From: a bacterium
GTDB taxonomy: Bacteria > Patescibacteriota > UBA1384 > VFKW01
Reading direction: 5' to 3'
Length of the DNA: 64,000 nt
NCBI GenBank assembly: GCA_030647355.1
Contig: JAUSIS010000013.1
Coordinates: 177,165-241,164, forward strand
The notes beneath the pieces are model-generated. The model was given only the letters and a program-made list of their open reading frames with translations. It did not search any database and was not told the origin of the DNA. Both the position numbers and the translations under genes were made by a program. This document shows positions 39,658 to 49,819 of this stretch, one piece after another (within the stretch, counting starts at the first letter, position 1; every line of letters begins with the position of its first letter).

Positions 39658-40281
39658 TTATTCTTTAGAAGCATAGGTAGTAAGATGTTCAGGAAAAGAG
39701 GTTTTCGCCCGATAACCACATTCTTTTAATATCACTTCTAATCTCTTTGAAGTTCGGACATTGTTTCTCATGTGGTATGAAGCAATTGCGAAATTGACTG
39801 CATTTTTATCTAACCAATTTTTCAATGAATCAATAACTTCAATTTCTGCTCCCTCGATATCCATTTTTACAAAATCAATTTTCTCAACCCCAATACGCTT
39901 AATCTCTTCATCAAGTTTAACGGTTTTAATAATTATAGGATTAGTATTATTATCACCATAAATACAAGACGAGCCAGCACCTTGGCCATTATAAAAAGTT
40001 AATTCAGTAGACTTATCCCATAGCCCCTTTTTAATAACAATAATATTTTTAAGTTTATTTAATTTAATATTAGCTAACAATTTTATATAGCTCAAAGGAT
40101 CTGGCTTAAATGCTATTACTTTGCCATTTGGCCCAACCACTTTTGCAGTATAAACTGCAAAAGCTCCAATATAAGCACCTGCATCCACAACGTTGTCGCC
40201 AGATTTTAATTTAAATATAAAATAATTATCAATAAAATTTACCCTGAAATCATTTTCATATTTCGAATTATAAAAAAACAT
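39658..40281 (-). CDS. FkbM-family methyltransferase
   Basis: 207 aa. VVDAGAYIGAFAVYTAKVVGPNGKVIAFKPDP matches the FkbM family. Confidence 0.7.
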   Translation of the reverse strand: MFFYNSKYENDFRVNFIDNYFIFKLKSGDNVVDAGAYIGAFAVYTAKVVGPNGKVIAFKPDPLSYIKLLANIKLNKLKNIIVIKKGLWDKSTELTFYNGQGAGSSCIYGDNNTNPIIIKTVKLDEEIKRIGVEKIDFVKMDIEGAEIEVIDSLKNWLDKNAVNFAIASYHMRNNVRTSKRLEVILKECGYRAKTSFPEHLTTYASKE

Positions 40282-40400
40282 CTCACTTTATTTTTTTGGG
40301 CACGGAAAAATAATTTTATTTTTCCTTCTGGAAAATAACTGGCTATTTGTACTAGCATTCGCTGAATTTCCACTTTGACCATTTGCCTCCTAATAAATAC

Positions 40401-42458
40401 TTAACGTAATTTGAATATAACAACACTGTTATCATGGTATATTGAATGTGATAAGTAATCAGCAGCAAAATATTTATATCTGTTCTTATAATCGTTCCGA
40501 TCGAGATATTTTGGGCTACCAATAAATTGAAGTTTTTTAAATCTTTCAAGTGAATATATCAGATAAACCGAACTATTCATATTTGTAATGCTCTTTTCCT
40601 CTATCTTTGTCTCTTTCCTGGAAATCACTTGACCAGATTTATCATAAGTCAGAATTACAATCCTATTCGGCACTCCATCATCTCTTATCATGCTATCATA
40701 TTTCTCAATTGCCTTTAAGCTAAAGACGTTAAATTTCGAATTCATATCAATTATGGGTATATTTACAAAATTTCGTTCACTATAGGTAGCTATCCCTGTG
40801 CTATGCATTTGAGTTGAAACTAGCACTGAATCTTTCGGAGTGTTTTGTTTGATAAAATTAATTGCCGAAACCTCTTTCCTAGAAAACAATATCCCACGAT
40901 TAGCGGATAAATAAATAATTGCAGAAGTACCAAAAAGAATAACAAACAGCATGAGAACAATTAGGGCTTTTCTTACCCATGGCAAACGATACTCAAAAAG
41001 TTCTAAAAACCTACCAATTAAGAGTACAAAAATTATATCAATCCCAAGACCTAAGAAGATCCATGCTCTCTCTGGTAAAAAAGCAAATGTTGAAATTCTT
41101 GGATATATTTCTGCAATGAAATAAAAAAGTAGTGTAAAAAACATTAACGGAAGATATGGTACCCATCCTCCAATTACATTCTTTCTTTTAATACCTAATT
41201 TTTTAGAAGCAAGAAATATTATTCCAAATAAAAATACTGTAAATAAAAAGGCTAAAGCCCCTAAATACGCATACCAAAATAGACCTTTTGTTCCAGGATA
41301 ATTAAAAACTATCCCATCTGGGTTCAGATAATGATTCACATACCACCAGCGCCAATGCAAACCTGAATTTAATATATCCGTAAAAGAAGGAAAGACCGAT
41401 AGTACCATTTTCAACTTAGAAAGAATATTTAGAATAATTAAATATGGGGAAACGACAAGAAAAATAATAATTAGTTTCTTAAAAAAAGTTAATCTATTTT
41501 TATTAAAAATTTCAATCTCATACAAAAGAAGGCCTATTAAACTCGTAAATAAGATTACAAAACCTAATTCATGATAAAGAATACTAACAATACCTAAAAC
41601 AACCGATGACAAAATCATTTTGAGATCATGATTTTTAAGACCAATGATTGAAAAAATAAGCATAGAAATTGAAAATAATAAAATGAAACTCTGCGGAATA
41701 CTGTATTGAATTTGAAACACCAAATAGGGTGCCGAGAGAAATAATAATGAAAATATTAGATAAGTCGACTTGCCCTTCAGAATATATTTAGTAAGCAAGG
41801 CAGCCGGTAGTAAAAATGATGACATGACAACCGTAGGTAATACATATTGTAATATTGAAAAAACTGATATACCGCTTGCATAATGAACAAGCAATATGAA
41901 CGGTGTAAAGATTGGTCGTCTCTCCAGCACTGGCTGAATAATTGTGCCCATTTTAATCGATTGTTCAATAGTTCCAGCAAGAGTATATGTATCATCGCCC
42001 GGGAAAAAGGGGTAAATTAACCATGAAACAAGATTAATTAAAAACGGGAATGCTAAAATCAGGTAAAATATTAAGTTTTCTTTTCTTGTACCAATTCTTT
42101 TTGGAACATGAATATTATCAACTTTTTGAAACTTAATTATAAGAAAAAGTATAACAGTTATTAAGACAAGTGCAAAAATCTGATTAGCTGGGGTGTAAAC
42201 TTTCGAGATGATCGAAATTACTACCTCCACAATTGTTAATATTGCGATGGAAACTGGTAGCACTGCTATCAAATTGAATGGTTTTACAAAATATTTATCG
42301 ATATTTAAAAAAGATGAAACAAGCAGTCCTGGAATTATGAAAATAAAAAACAAGCCAACGATATTCAAAAAAAATCCAAAATGAAAAAACTTAAAAATAG
42401 CCAAGCTTAAAAAATAAAGAAAAATTAGCGCAATAAAAATTTTATTATTTTTAACCAT
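40401..42458 (-). CDS. Large polytopic membrane protein, putative GT-C-type glycosyltransferase
   Basis: 685 aa. About 13-15 N-terminal TM helices then a roughly 200-aa soluble C-terminal domain. Genomic neighbours are GT2 and Dpm1-like genes. Confidence 0.45.
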   Translation of the reverse strand: MVKNNKIFIALIFLYFLSLAIFKFFHFGFFLNIVGLFFIFIIPGLLVSSFLNIDKYFVKPFNLIAVLPVSIAILTIVEVVISIISKVYTPANQIFALVLITVILFLIIKFQKVDNIHVPKRIGTRKENLIFYLILAFPFLINLVSWLIYPFFPGDDTYTLAGTIEQSIKMGTIIQPVLERRPIFTPFILLVHYASGISVFSILQYVLPTVVMSSFLLPAALLTKYILKGKSTYLIFSLLFLSAPYLVFQIQYSIPQSFILLFSISMLIFSIIGLKNHDLKMILSSVVLGIVSILYHELGFVILFTSLIGLLLYEIEIFNKNRLTFFKKLIIIFLVVSPYLIILNILSKLKMVLSVFPSFTDILNSGLHWRWWYVNHYLNPDGIVFNYPGTKGLFWYAYLGALAFLFTVFLFGIIFLASKKLGIKRKNVIGGWVPYLPLMFFTLLFYFIAEIYPRISTFAFLPERAWIFLGLGIDIIFVLLIGRFLELFEYRLPWVRKALIVLMLFVILFGTSAIIYLSANRGILFSRKEVSAINFIKQNTPKDSVLVSTQMHSTGIATYSERNFVNIPIIDMNSKFNVFSLKAIEKYDSMIRDDGVPNRIVILTYDKSGQVISRKETKIEEKSITNMNSSVYLIYSLERFKKLQFIGSPKYLDRNDYKNRYKYFAADYLSHSIYHDNSVVIFKLR

Positions 42459-43487
42459 CTAAACGACCCACACAATTAACTTCCAATATGCCGTTAAAAA
42501 TAAAGAATAAATTCTGAATCCCGAAGCTGATAGCTCTGAAAATGATATCACAGAACTCAAATATTGCTTTAATTCTCTTTCGCTAACTTTTCTTTCCTCA
42601 ATTATTTTACGCCATTCAATAATTTTATTAAACCAGTGAATCACATCAATATATGATTTCATTTTAATCAAAAACCAACCTGAAACAATTGAATAAATAA
42701 CCACTAATAATTCATTCAGTACAGCTATAGGTAAGATTACTAATAAATACCCAGTAGAGAAATTCTTCAACATAAAAATAATTCTGTTTCTTTCTGCATA
42801 AAATAATTTATTTTTATTTCTTGAGAAAGAGTATTTATGCCAGACCTGAGCATCTGGTTGCAAGTTAATTTTGAAACCAGCTATCCTCGCCCTCCAACTA
42901 AAATCGACATCCTCATGGTACATAAAAAAACTTTTGTCAAATAAACCTAATTGTCTAACTATTTTTGCCGGAATAAACATCGCCGCACCGCTTGCTAAGG
43001 CAATATCCTCAGGCAAACCTATTTCTTTATAATTTTTCCGGTAATTACCGACATAACTCATGCCTAAATAATGCAAGACATTCCCAGATGTGTTAATTAA
43101 ATCTGTTTTCTTCCCGTTCTCGTGTAATAAGATTAAAGGTTGTAAGATTAAGTTTCTTTTTGCAGATTTAATAAGTAAATCTAGGCAATTCTCATTGACG
43201 ATAGTGTCTGGATTCAACAAAAAGATATACTCACATCCGTCATGCATCGCTTTTTCAGCGCCAATATTATTCGCATTAGCAAAACCATAATTCTGCTCGA
43301 GTTTAATAGTCTCAACACCCGTCCATTTTTTTTCAATATATTCCAGTGAGTCATCACTCGATTTATTATCTACAAAATAAACCTTGAAATCCTGACAGCT
43401 TGAATCAAAAACACTTCCCAAACAATCAGGAAGGTACTTTCTGCTATTATACCCAACTATTATTATCCCAACTCTACTCTTCAACAT
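42459..43487 (-). CDS. Glycosyltransferase family 2 with C-terminal TM segment
   Basis: 342 aa. IIIVGYNSRKYL, VDNKSSDD, NPDT motifs. Confidence 0.8.
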   Translation of the reverse strand: MLKSRVGIIIVGYNSRKYLPDCLGSVFDSSCQDFKVYFVDNKSSDDSLEYIEKKWTGVETIKLEQNYGFANANNIGAEKAMHDGCEYIFLLNPDTIVNENCLDLLIKSAKRNLILQPLILLHENGKKTDLINTSGNVLHYLGMSYVGNYRKNYKEIGLPEDIALASGAAMFIPAKIVRQLGLFDKSFFMYHEDVDFSWRARIAGFKINLQPDAQVWHKYSFSRNKNKLFYAERNRIIFMLKNFSTGYLLVILPIAVLNELLVVIYSIVSGWFLIKMKSYIDVIHWFNKIIEWRKIIEERKVSERELKQYLSSVISFSELSASGFRIYSLFLTAYWKLIVWVV

Positions 43488-43809
43488 CCCTCAATCCTAA
43501 TTTCATTACCAAATCCCTCAACTGACGCTCTAATCTATGGGACTTAACATACACTCTATAAGTAATAAAAAATAAGAAAACAAACGCGATCCCCAGATAT
43601 GTACCTATACCTGTATTTTGGTTACCAAATTGGCTATTCAATTCTATAAACAAAACTGGCTTAAGCGCAAATACTGCAATTATTGCCCATGCTATAACCC
43701 AGAATAGAAACATTCCTAAGGTTTCTTTTTTCTTTTTATAATCCAAGTAAGTCTTGGATGCAACTAATATAAATAATATGATAGAAATTATTTTGGCTAG
43801 AAAAATCAT
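43474..43809 (-). CDS. DUF2304-like small membrane protein (GT2 partner)
   Basis: 111 aa, two or three TM helices. Overlaps and follows the Dpm1-like GT2, the usual DUF2304 arrangement. Confidence 0.5.
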   Translation of the reverse strand: MIFLAKIISIILFILVASKTYLDYKKKKETLGMFLFWVIAWAIIAVFALKPVLFIELNSQFGNQNTGIGTYLGIAFVFLFFITYRVYVKSHRLERQLRDLVMKLGLRDVEE

Positions 43810-44507
43810 TTCTGCCTCCCAATTCTAATCGCAATAGACTTTGTTAATATATTCACTGCATTTAAAATATCTTGTCCTTTAGCCCTCGAATAATCAGTAT
43901 AAACTACTTCAATCGGCACTTCTGTAAAAGCTAATTTATTGCGCCTAATTTCCCCTACAATCTCCGAACATATCTCATATCCAACCGAATGTAGCTTCAT
44001 TTTTTTCAACGCGCTTTTGGAAAACGCTTTCATTCCCGATTGAGAATCTGAAGTCCATTTTCTAAAAACAATGAAAGTGATAACATTCATCGTCCAGTTC
44101 CCAAAAACCTTTACAAAAGGCATGCCATTATGATTTTTCATTCGAGAGCCTATCACTACATCTTTGCTATCACTTAATATCGGTTTTATTAAATGCTGAA
44201 TATCCTTAACCCTGTGCTGACCATCTGCATCCATAGTTACAATAATATCCGCTTTCTCCTTCTTTGCCACCTCCAAGCCGGTAATCGTCGCCGCTCCTAC
44301 ACCCATATTTAAGACTAACTTGATCGCTCTATCAGCATACTGTTTCGCAACCTCGTAAGTCCTGTCTTCACTACCGTCATCCACCACAATACTAACAATC
44401 TCATCTATTCCCTTTATTTTCTTCGGCAAAGACTTCAAAACCGCCCCAATCACTTTTTCCTCATTATGGGCCGGTATAACAATCGCTAATTTCATAACAA
44501 CCCTCAA
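43806..44507 (-). CDS. GT2 polyprenyl-phosphate sugar synthase (Dpm1-like)
   Basis: 233 aa. LAIVIPAHNEE, VVDDGSED, DADGQH motifs. Confidence 0.85.
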   Translation of the reverse strand: MRVVMKLAIVIPAHNEEKVIGAVLKSLPKKIKGIDEIVSIVVDDGSEDRTYEVAKQYADRAIKLVLNMGVGAATITGLEVAKKEKADIIVTMDADGQHRVKDIQHLIKPILSDSKDVVIGSRMKNHNGMPFVKVFGNWTMNVITFIVFRKWTSDSQSGMKAFSKSALKKMKLHSVGYEICSEIVGEIRRNKLAFTEVPIEVVYTDYSRAKGQDILNAVNILTKSIAIRIGRQK

Positions 44508-44584
44508 TCAAGCTATATTACTTTATCAACTATTAATCAATCTTTTCTAACTTAACTTTATCTGATACAATTTAAACAAATATT

Positions 44585-45988
44585 ATGGATAAAATCAAAT
44601 ATCTTCTCGAAAATAAAATAATTTATTACTTGATTCTCGCCTGTTTCCTTGTTGGACTTCTTTTTCTTGTTTATCAATATGCCTTACTAACAAATTTTCC
44701 TATCGGCGATGATCCTGCCATTCATATCATATACGCTAAAACCTTATCTTACTCCCAAATTTGGCAACAAATTATTTATCCGCTACCACTTATTATATTT
44801 AAATATCTTCATAACCTCACATCAATTGAATACCCAAAACTCTTTACCTTACTAATCCCAACCTTCCTACTGTTTTCGGTTATAGCTATAAGCATTTACA
44901 CATATGGAATTAAAAAAAACATCCTCATCCCAATTACCGCCGCCATCCTTTTTTCAACTGCTAGGTGGACTATCGATGGATTGAGAATGGGATTGCTCGC
45001 AGAAACCTTCGGTTGGGTCATTTTACTGATTACTCTGATTGGATTGTCAAGACAAAATATCATAATTACTCTTATTGGCAGTATCCTATTGCCTTTTTCT
45101 CATCCTTTTTCCACCGTTGTCTATACTCTCATATTTTTACTTTATTTTATCATCTCAATTAAAAACCCCCTTGAACGAAAATTTTTATTCACCATTGCAG
45201 GTGCTTATTTAGCTTTATTTCTACTGTTCCATTTTTTAAAACCGGAACTCATCGATCGTTTTGTAAATTTTTCCAACCCTGAAGTCCGCGGCTGGGGAGA
45301 ACGCAGTTTCATAAATGTTATCACCGGCGAAGCTCCTTACCGATTCCTTATCCCATTAGTTTCTTTGATCGGTATTATCGTTTCATTTAAGGATTGGAAG
45401 AAACCCGTTATAAAAATATCCTACTTATTATTACTTGTTGGAATGTTTTTTTCTTTCAATCATCTCTTTGGAATGCAATTTATTGTTTTCCGTTTCTATC
45501 CTTATCTGGAAATGGGAATGATCATTTTCGCCGCCATCGGTTTGAACTATCTCATCACAAACCTCAAATATAAATCTACTCCCGCCTTATTATTAACTAT
45601 CATATTTTCCCTAATACTTGCTGCTCCAAATTTCCACATCAATCGCTCCGGTATCAAAATACAAGCTCATGATGTCAGCGCCAAAGCAATCATGCTTCCC
45701 GCTGACCAAGCCGCAATAGAATGGATCGACAAAAACACGCTGCCGACCGACACCATCGCCACCGATATCCGTCATTCTATCTGGATAACAGCGTTAGCCA
45801 ATAGAGCAGCTTTTGATTATCAAAATATCTATTTCGACAGTGTTTTATTAACAAAAGAACCCGATCCAAACTTATTAACAGCCAAATATATCTATTATCC
45901 AATTGGCCACACCATTCCTGAAGAGATAACCCAATTTTACAAACCCATCTTCTCTCAAGACGGTGTCACAATCGAGGTTAAAAAATGA
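44585..45988 (+). CDS. Polytopic membrane protein, putative GT-C-type glycosyltransferase
   Basis: 467 aa, many TM helices. Divergent from the Dpm1-like GT2. Confidence 0.4.
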   Translation: MDKIKYLLENKIIYYLILACFLVGLLFLVYQYALLTNFPIGDDPAIHIIYAKTLSYSQIWQQIIYPLPLIIFKYLHNLTSIEYPKLFTLLIPTFLLFSVIAISIYTYGIKKNILIPITAAILFSTARWTIDGLRMGLLAETFGWVILLITLIGLSRQNIIITLIGSILLPFSHPFSTVVYTLIFLLYFIISIKNPLERKFLFTIAGAYLALFLLFHFLKPELIDRFVNFSNPEVRGWGERSFINVITGEAPYRFLIPLVSLIGIIVSFKDWKKPVIKISYLLLLVGMFFSFNHLFGMQFIVFRFYPYLEMGMIIFAAIGLNYLITNLKYKSTPALLLTIIFSLILAAPNFHINRSGIKIQAHDVSAKAIMLPADQAAIEWIDKNTLPTDTIATDIRHSIWITALANRAAFDYQNIYFDSVLLTKEPDPNLLTAKYIYYPIGHTIPEEITQFYKPIFSQDGVTIEVKK

Positions 45989-46353
45989 TCAAATACGATT
46001 CTAAAAAAACTACCATTTTCCTATTATTATATATTTGCCTTGCCCAATTTACCGATTTCCTTCTGCATCTGTGGTTTTTCATCCCCATTCTTATATTAAC
46101 TATTTTTTACTCTGCCAAAGAAATCAAAAAACAAGAATTTTTGCATCTTGCTATTAATTTCCTAATATTTTATCTTATCCTAGAAAGAGTTATCCGCTTG
46201 CCCTATCTCATTCTGACAAAACATGGTTATTCACTCGCCATCTCTATAATTCTCTCAATTCTCTATATCTGTTTTATTCTTTTTATAATCAATATTTTAA
46301 CTAATTTGGGAATCAAACAATATCGAAAGAAGCTTCCATTGCATCAAAAATAA
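45985..46353 (+). CDS. Small membrane protein
   Basis: 122 aa, 3-4 TM. ATGA overlap with the upstream gene. Confidence 0.35.
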   Translation: MIKYDSKKTTIFLLLYICLAQFTDFLLHLWFFIPILILTIFYSAKEIKKQEFLHLAINFLIFYLILERVIRLPYLILTKHGYSLAISIILSILYICFILFIINILTNLGIKQYRKKLPLHQK

Positions 46354-46356
46354 TAA

Positions 46357-47604
46357 TTATTTCATATTATTCTTTGAGATCATCAAACCACTAATTAAAA
46401 ACATCAAAAATATCCCAACCTGACCTGTATAGATATTAATAAAAAGACCTGAAATTGCCATAGCCAATGTCAATAAAAAGGCCGACTTATATTCCAACAT
46501 CCCATATTTTTTATAACTTGCTGCTAGAAAATATCCAAACATCGCCACAAGCAACCCCATCCCAATTAACCCCAGTTGTTCAAATGTATCCAAATAAATA
46601 TTTTCCGTCCAACGGTTAGTTGTCCCATCCAGACTATACTGCGAAGCCGGCCCAGCTGTCCCCATCCCGCGGCCAACCAACCCGATCTCATTTCTTGTAT
46701 CCCATATTCTCTCATACTGTTTAATCCTGTCTTGAGACGAAGCATAATGAGTCAATAAATCTTTCGTCGATGCATTACTATAAACCACTAATCCCAATCC
46801 AGCCAGCAAAAATAAACCCAAACACAAAGAAGTAACCGCTATCCTTAAATTAAACCTATCTTTCAAATAAACAAATAAAACACTAAATAACATCAATATA
46901 GCCCCGATCAATGCACTCCTACAAAATGTAAGAACCAGTACAACAAAAAATATTCCCAAAAGCCATTTGCTCGTTTTGCCAAATTTTTGAAAAATCCCCA
47001 AACAACATCCTACAAGTGCCATCATATACAAACCGAGAGCATTTGGTCCAGCCAAAACCCCTTGTAGACGAGGTATTTTTAGTGAACCGGAAATATGCTC
47101 ACTAACCAACGCCCCCGTCGAAGACAAACTGGTTGTCAAAGGAATTCTAACCCCGACTAGCTCCAAAATTGCCAGAGCAGAAATAACTGATCCCCCTACT
47201 ATCAAAACTTTATATATCCAGCTCTTCTGCTTTTCAGTCAAATCCATCAGACTAACCGACAAAAACAATACGATCGGCATAAAAATAAACCTAAACCCTC
47301 GGAGCCACTGCATCAAGCTATCTTCTCTCCAAAATACCGACAGCAAACCAAATAAGATAAAAACCACAAAAAGCCACAATGACTTATCTATTTTCTTTTT
47401 CTTCAAATAGACCCCGTACAATGCCATCAAAAAAATCAATCCGACAAACAAATCTCTTAGTAAACTAATCGAAGATTTACCTGTTAAACTCACAATCCAC
47501 GAGCTAAAAGGCAAAAAACCAAGCAATCCAACCAAACCATAAAACACCCACTTATTTATTCTTTCAATTTTTGCTAGATTATTTTTTTCCATTCGTTCTC
47601 CCAA
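46357..47604 (-). CDS. O-antigen ligase/polymerase-like (Wzy_C) membrane protein
   Basis: 415 aa, about 10-12 TM with a large external loop, as in the WaaL/Wzy family. Confidence 0.5.
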   Translation of the reverse strand: MGERMEKNNLAKIERINKWVFYGLVGLLGFLPFSSWIVSLTGKSSISLLRDLFVGLIFLMALYGVYLKKKKIDKSLWLFVVFILFGLLSVFWREDSLMQWLRGFRFIFMPIVLFLSVSLMDLTEKQKSWIYKVLIVGGSVISALAILELVGVRIPLTTSLSSTGALVSEHISGSLKIPRLQGVLAGPNALGLYMMALVGCCLGIFQKFGKTSKWLLGIFFVVLVLTFCRSALIGAILMLFSVLFVYLKDRFNLRIAVTSLCLGLFLLAGLGLVVYSNASTKDLLTHYASSQDRIKQYERIWDTRNEIGLVGRGMGTAGPASQYSLDGTTNRWTENIYLDTFEQLGLIGMGLLVAMFGYFLAASYKKYGMLEYKSAFLLTLAMAISGLFINIYTGQVGIFLMFLISGLMISKNNMK

Positions 47605-48973
47605 CTCCCAACGCCTGACTCCGGACTGCTAATCCCGCTATCCACCCTAACAAAAACCAGATATACGTTATATACAAGGTTGAAAAAAATTGATACTGTA
47701 CGATAATACCTACCAAAGCCGAGATAAGAGCACCTAAATAATAATTATTTTTGTCATTTTTATCCGTTGCCACCTTTGCCTTCAAACCCCAATAAATTAC
47801 AAACCCGAGAAAACTCAATATTACCAGCATCCCCACCAAACCTGTTTCCGCCAATATTTCTAGCGGCTCATTATTTACAATCTGATTCGTTCCATAAACG
47901 GTTGCCTTTCCAGCCGCGTATGGTCCGAAATTACCAATTCCTACCCCAAAAAGCGGCTTGCTCTTCCAAGCCTCGATTGCCAGATCATAAGTACTTTTTC
48001 TATCATTTGTCGAATAATCATTCTGATCAACTGCATGGTTGGTAAACCTGCTGATAGCCATCCTGCTATTTTGGGTATTATTAACTTGTCCAGGGTTCAA
48101 TCGATTGGATTCTATTTTCTGATACCAACCAGCAAACCCAATCATCAAAAATGCAAACCCTGTAATAACTACTCCCTCCCCAACCAATAATAAAACCCTT
48201 TTCCAGTTATCTAATCTCGCGTACATGAGCAGAACTGCCAAAACCATAAACGCCGCCCCAAGATATGCCCCTCTTGAAATCGACAAAACTAACACTGCAC
48301 CAATTAATATGGTTAAAATTCTTCTCCATAAAGCAGAAATTATTTTCCAATCTTTCAATTCAGCAATCATTAAAAATGCCAGTGGTATTATCATAAAATT
48401 ACCCATATAGAGAGGCTCTAAAAACGTCGATTGAATTCTTGGAAAGCCAAATACTAATTTTGTATATTCCAACCGTAAACCAGTAAAAATTGTTGACACA
48501 CCCAAAACATCTCCGATGAATTGATACAATCCAAATAAAGTAATCAAACCAGATACAACCAGCAACGTCTTTATCATTAATTCTTTTTTATCCCTTAAAA
48601 CCAACTGAGATGCTACCAAAAAGACAACACATGCATAGGCGGAAAAAATTAGATAATGAACTCCTCTGCCGATATCGATCGCCCCCCGAAGTGACACCAA
48701 GCAAACCAGTAAATAAACCAACAATAAAAGATAATATTTTTTGACTTTAATTTTCTCTCTTTTCCTCATCCAATCCCAGATAATTATCAAAAAAGAAACT
48801 CCCAATAAAATCTCATTTATTTTAATCGTCGCTCCGGTAATATCAAAAGAGGGGAGTCGCTCAAACGGCAACGATGCTACCAAAATTGCCGGCATCCACT
48901 CTCGCTTAACAACCATCAGCACTGTTCCTATTAGCGCCAAAACCAATATCAACCAAATCAACTTTTCCTCCAC
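47579..48973 (-). CDS. O-antigen ligase/polymerase-like membrane protein (second copy)
   Basis: 464 aa polytopic. Loop containing PLFGVGIGNFGPY resembles Wzy_C. Confidence 0.5.
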   Translation of the reverse strand: MEEKLIWLILVLALIGTVLMVVKREWMPAILVASLPFERLPSFDITGATIKINEILLGVSFLIIIWDWMRKREKIKVKKYYLLLLVYLLVCLVSLRGAIDIGRGVHYLIFSAYACVVFLVASQLVLRDKKELMIKTLLVVSGLITLFGLYQFIGDVLGVSTIFTGLRLEYTKLVFGFPRIQSTFLEPLYMGNFMIIPLAFLMIAELKDWKIISALWRRILTILIGAVLVLSISRGAYLGAAFMVLAVLLMYARLDNWKRVLLLVGEGVVITGFAFLMIGFAGWYQKIESNRLNPGQVNNTQNSRMAISRFTNHAVDQNDYSTNDRKSTYDLAIEAWKSKPLFGVGIGNFGPYAAGKATVYGTNQIVNNEPLEILAETGLVGMLVILSFLGFVIYWGLKAKVATDKNDKNNYYLGALISALVGIIVQYQFFSTLYITYIWFLLGWIAGLAVRSQALGVGRTNGKK

Positions 48974-49773
48974 CCTCGCAACTTAAAATAATTAACCATT
49001 ACTATTGGCCAACGCAACATATCTAAACACATTACCGACCATAATCCATAATGCTTCGCAAAAAACCGCGCTTGGTTTTGATAATACATCTGCTTCTGCT
49101 TCCAACCTACACCAAAGCTCCTCCCGCCCAGATGAACAATCTCCACTTCCGGATACCACGCCACCTTGAATCCCTCTTCTTTCACCCCCTGACACAAATC
49201 CGTATCTTCAAAATACATAAAAAATCGCTCGTCAAAACCGCCAATTTTTTTAAACAAATCCCTTCGAATCAAAAGCACCGCGCCTGTCACCCAATCAACC
49301 TCCGCATAACCCTTGCTGTTCAATTTTGCCTTAAAATTTACATTTCTCCCTAAAAGAGACCATAAACTTGGCTCTCTCCCATACTGCCCAATTTGCTCCG
49401 TTCCTCCATCCTCCAAAACCAATTTCGGCCCTATTGCCCCGACATCTCTATGTCTCCCCATAAATTCCACCATTCTCCTGATCCCATCGTCCACCAAAAC
49501 CGTATCGCTATTTAAAAACAGTAAATATTCTCCCGACGCCATCTTTGCCCCGATATTATTTGCCGCCCCAAAACCCACATTTTTCTCATTTTCCACTACC
49601 CTTACCCAACCAAAGCTAGCTCTCACCGCCTCCACAGAGCCGTCAGACGAGGCATTATCCACTACCGTAACCTCAACTTCATTTTTATCCAAAAACCTCT
49701 CCAAGGACGCCAAGCAGTCAAGCAATAGCTTTTTAGTATTATAACTGATGATTATTATTGATAACTTCACCAT
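48958..49773 (-). CDS. Glycosyltransferase family 2
   Basis: Start chosen at MVKLSIIIISYNTKKLL. VDNASSDGS, FGFGAANN, NSDT motifs. Confidence 0.85.
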   Translation of the reverse strand: MVKLSIIIISYNTKKLLLDCLASLERFLDKNEVEVTVVDNASSDGSVEAVRASFGWVRVVENEKNVGFGAANNIGAKMASGEYLLFLNSDTVLVDDGIRRMVEFMGRHRDVGAIGPKLVLEDGGTEQIGQYGREPSLWSLLGRNVNFKAKLNSKGYAEVDWVTGAVLLIRRDLFKKIGGFDERFFMYFEDTDLCQGVKEEGFKVAWYPEVEIVHLGGRSFGVGWKQKQMYYQNQARFFAKHYGLWSVMCLDMLRWPIVMVNYFKLRGWRKS

Positions 49774-49819
49774 CAACCTATCTTGCTCATAACCCGATAA
49801 AATAATACAATATCCATAG

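Noticed and set aside
40352-40549. ORF 40352..40549 overlapping the C-terminus of the large membrane protein gene
   Set aside because: A short alternative-frame ORF inside the 40401..42458 CDS.
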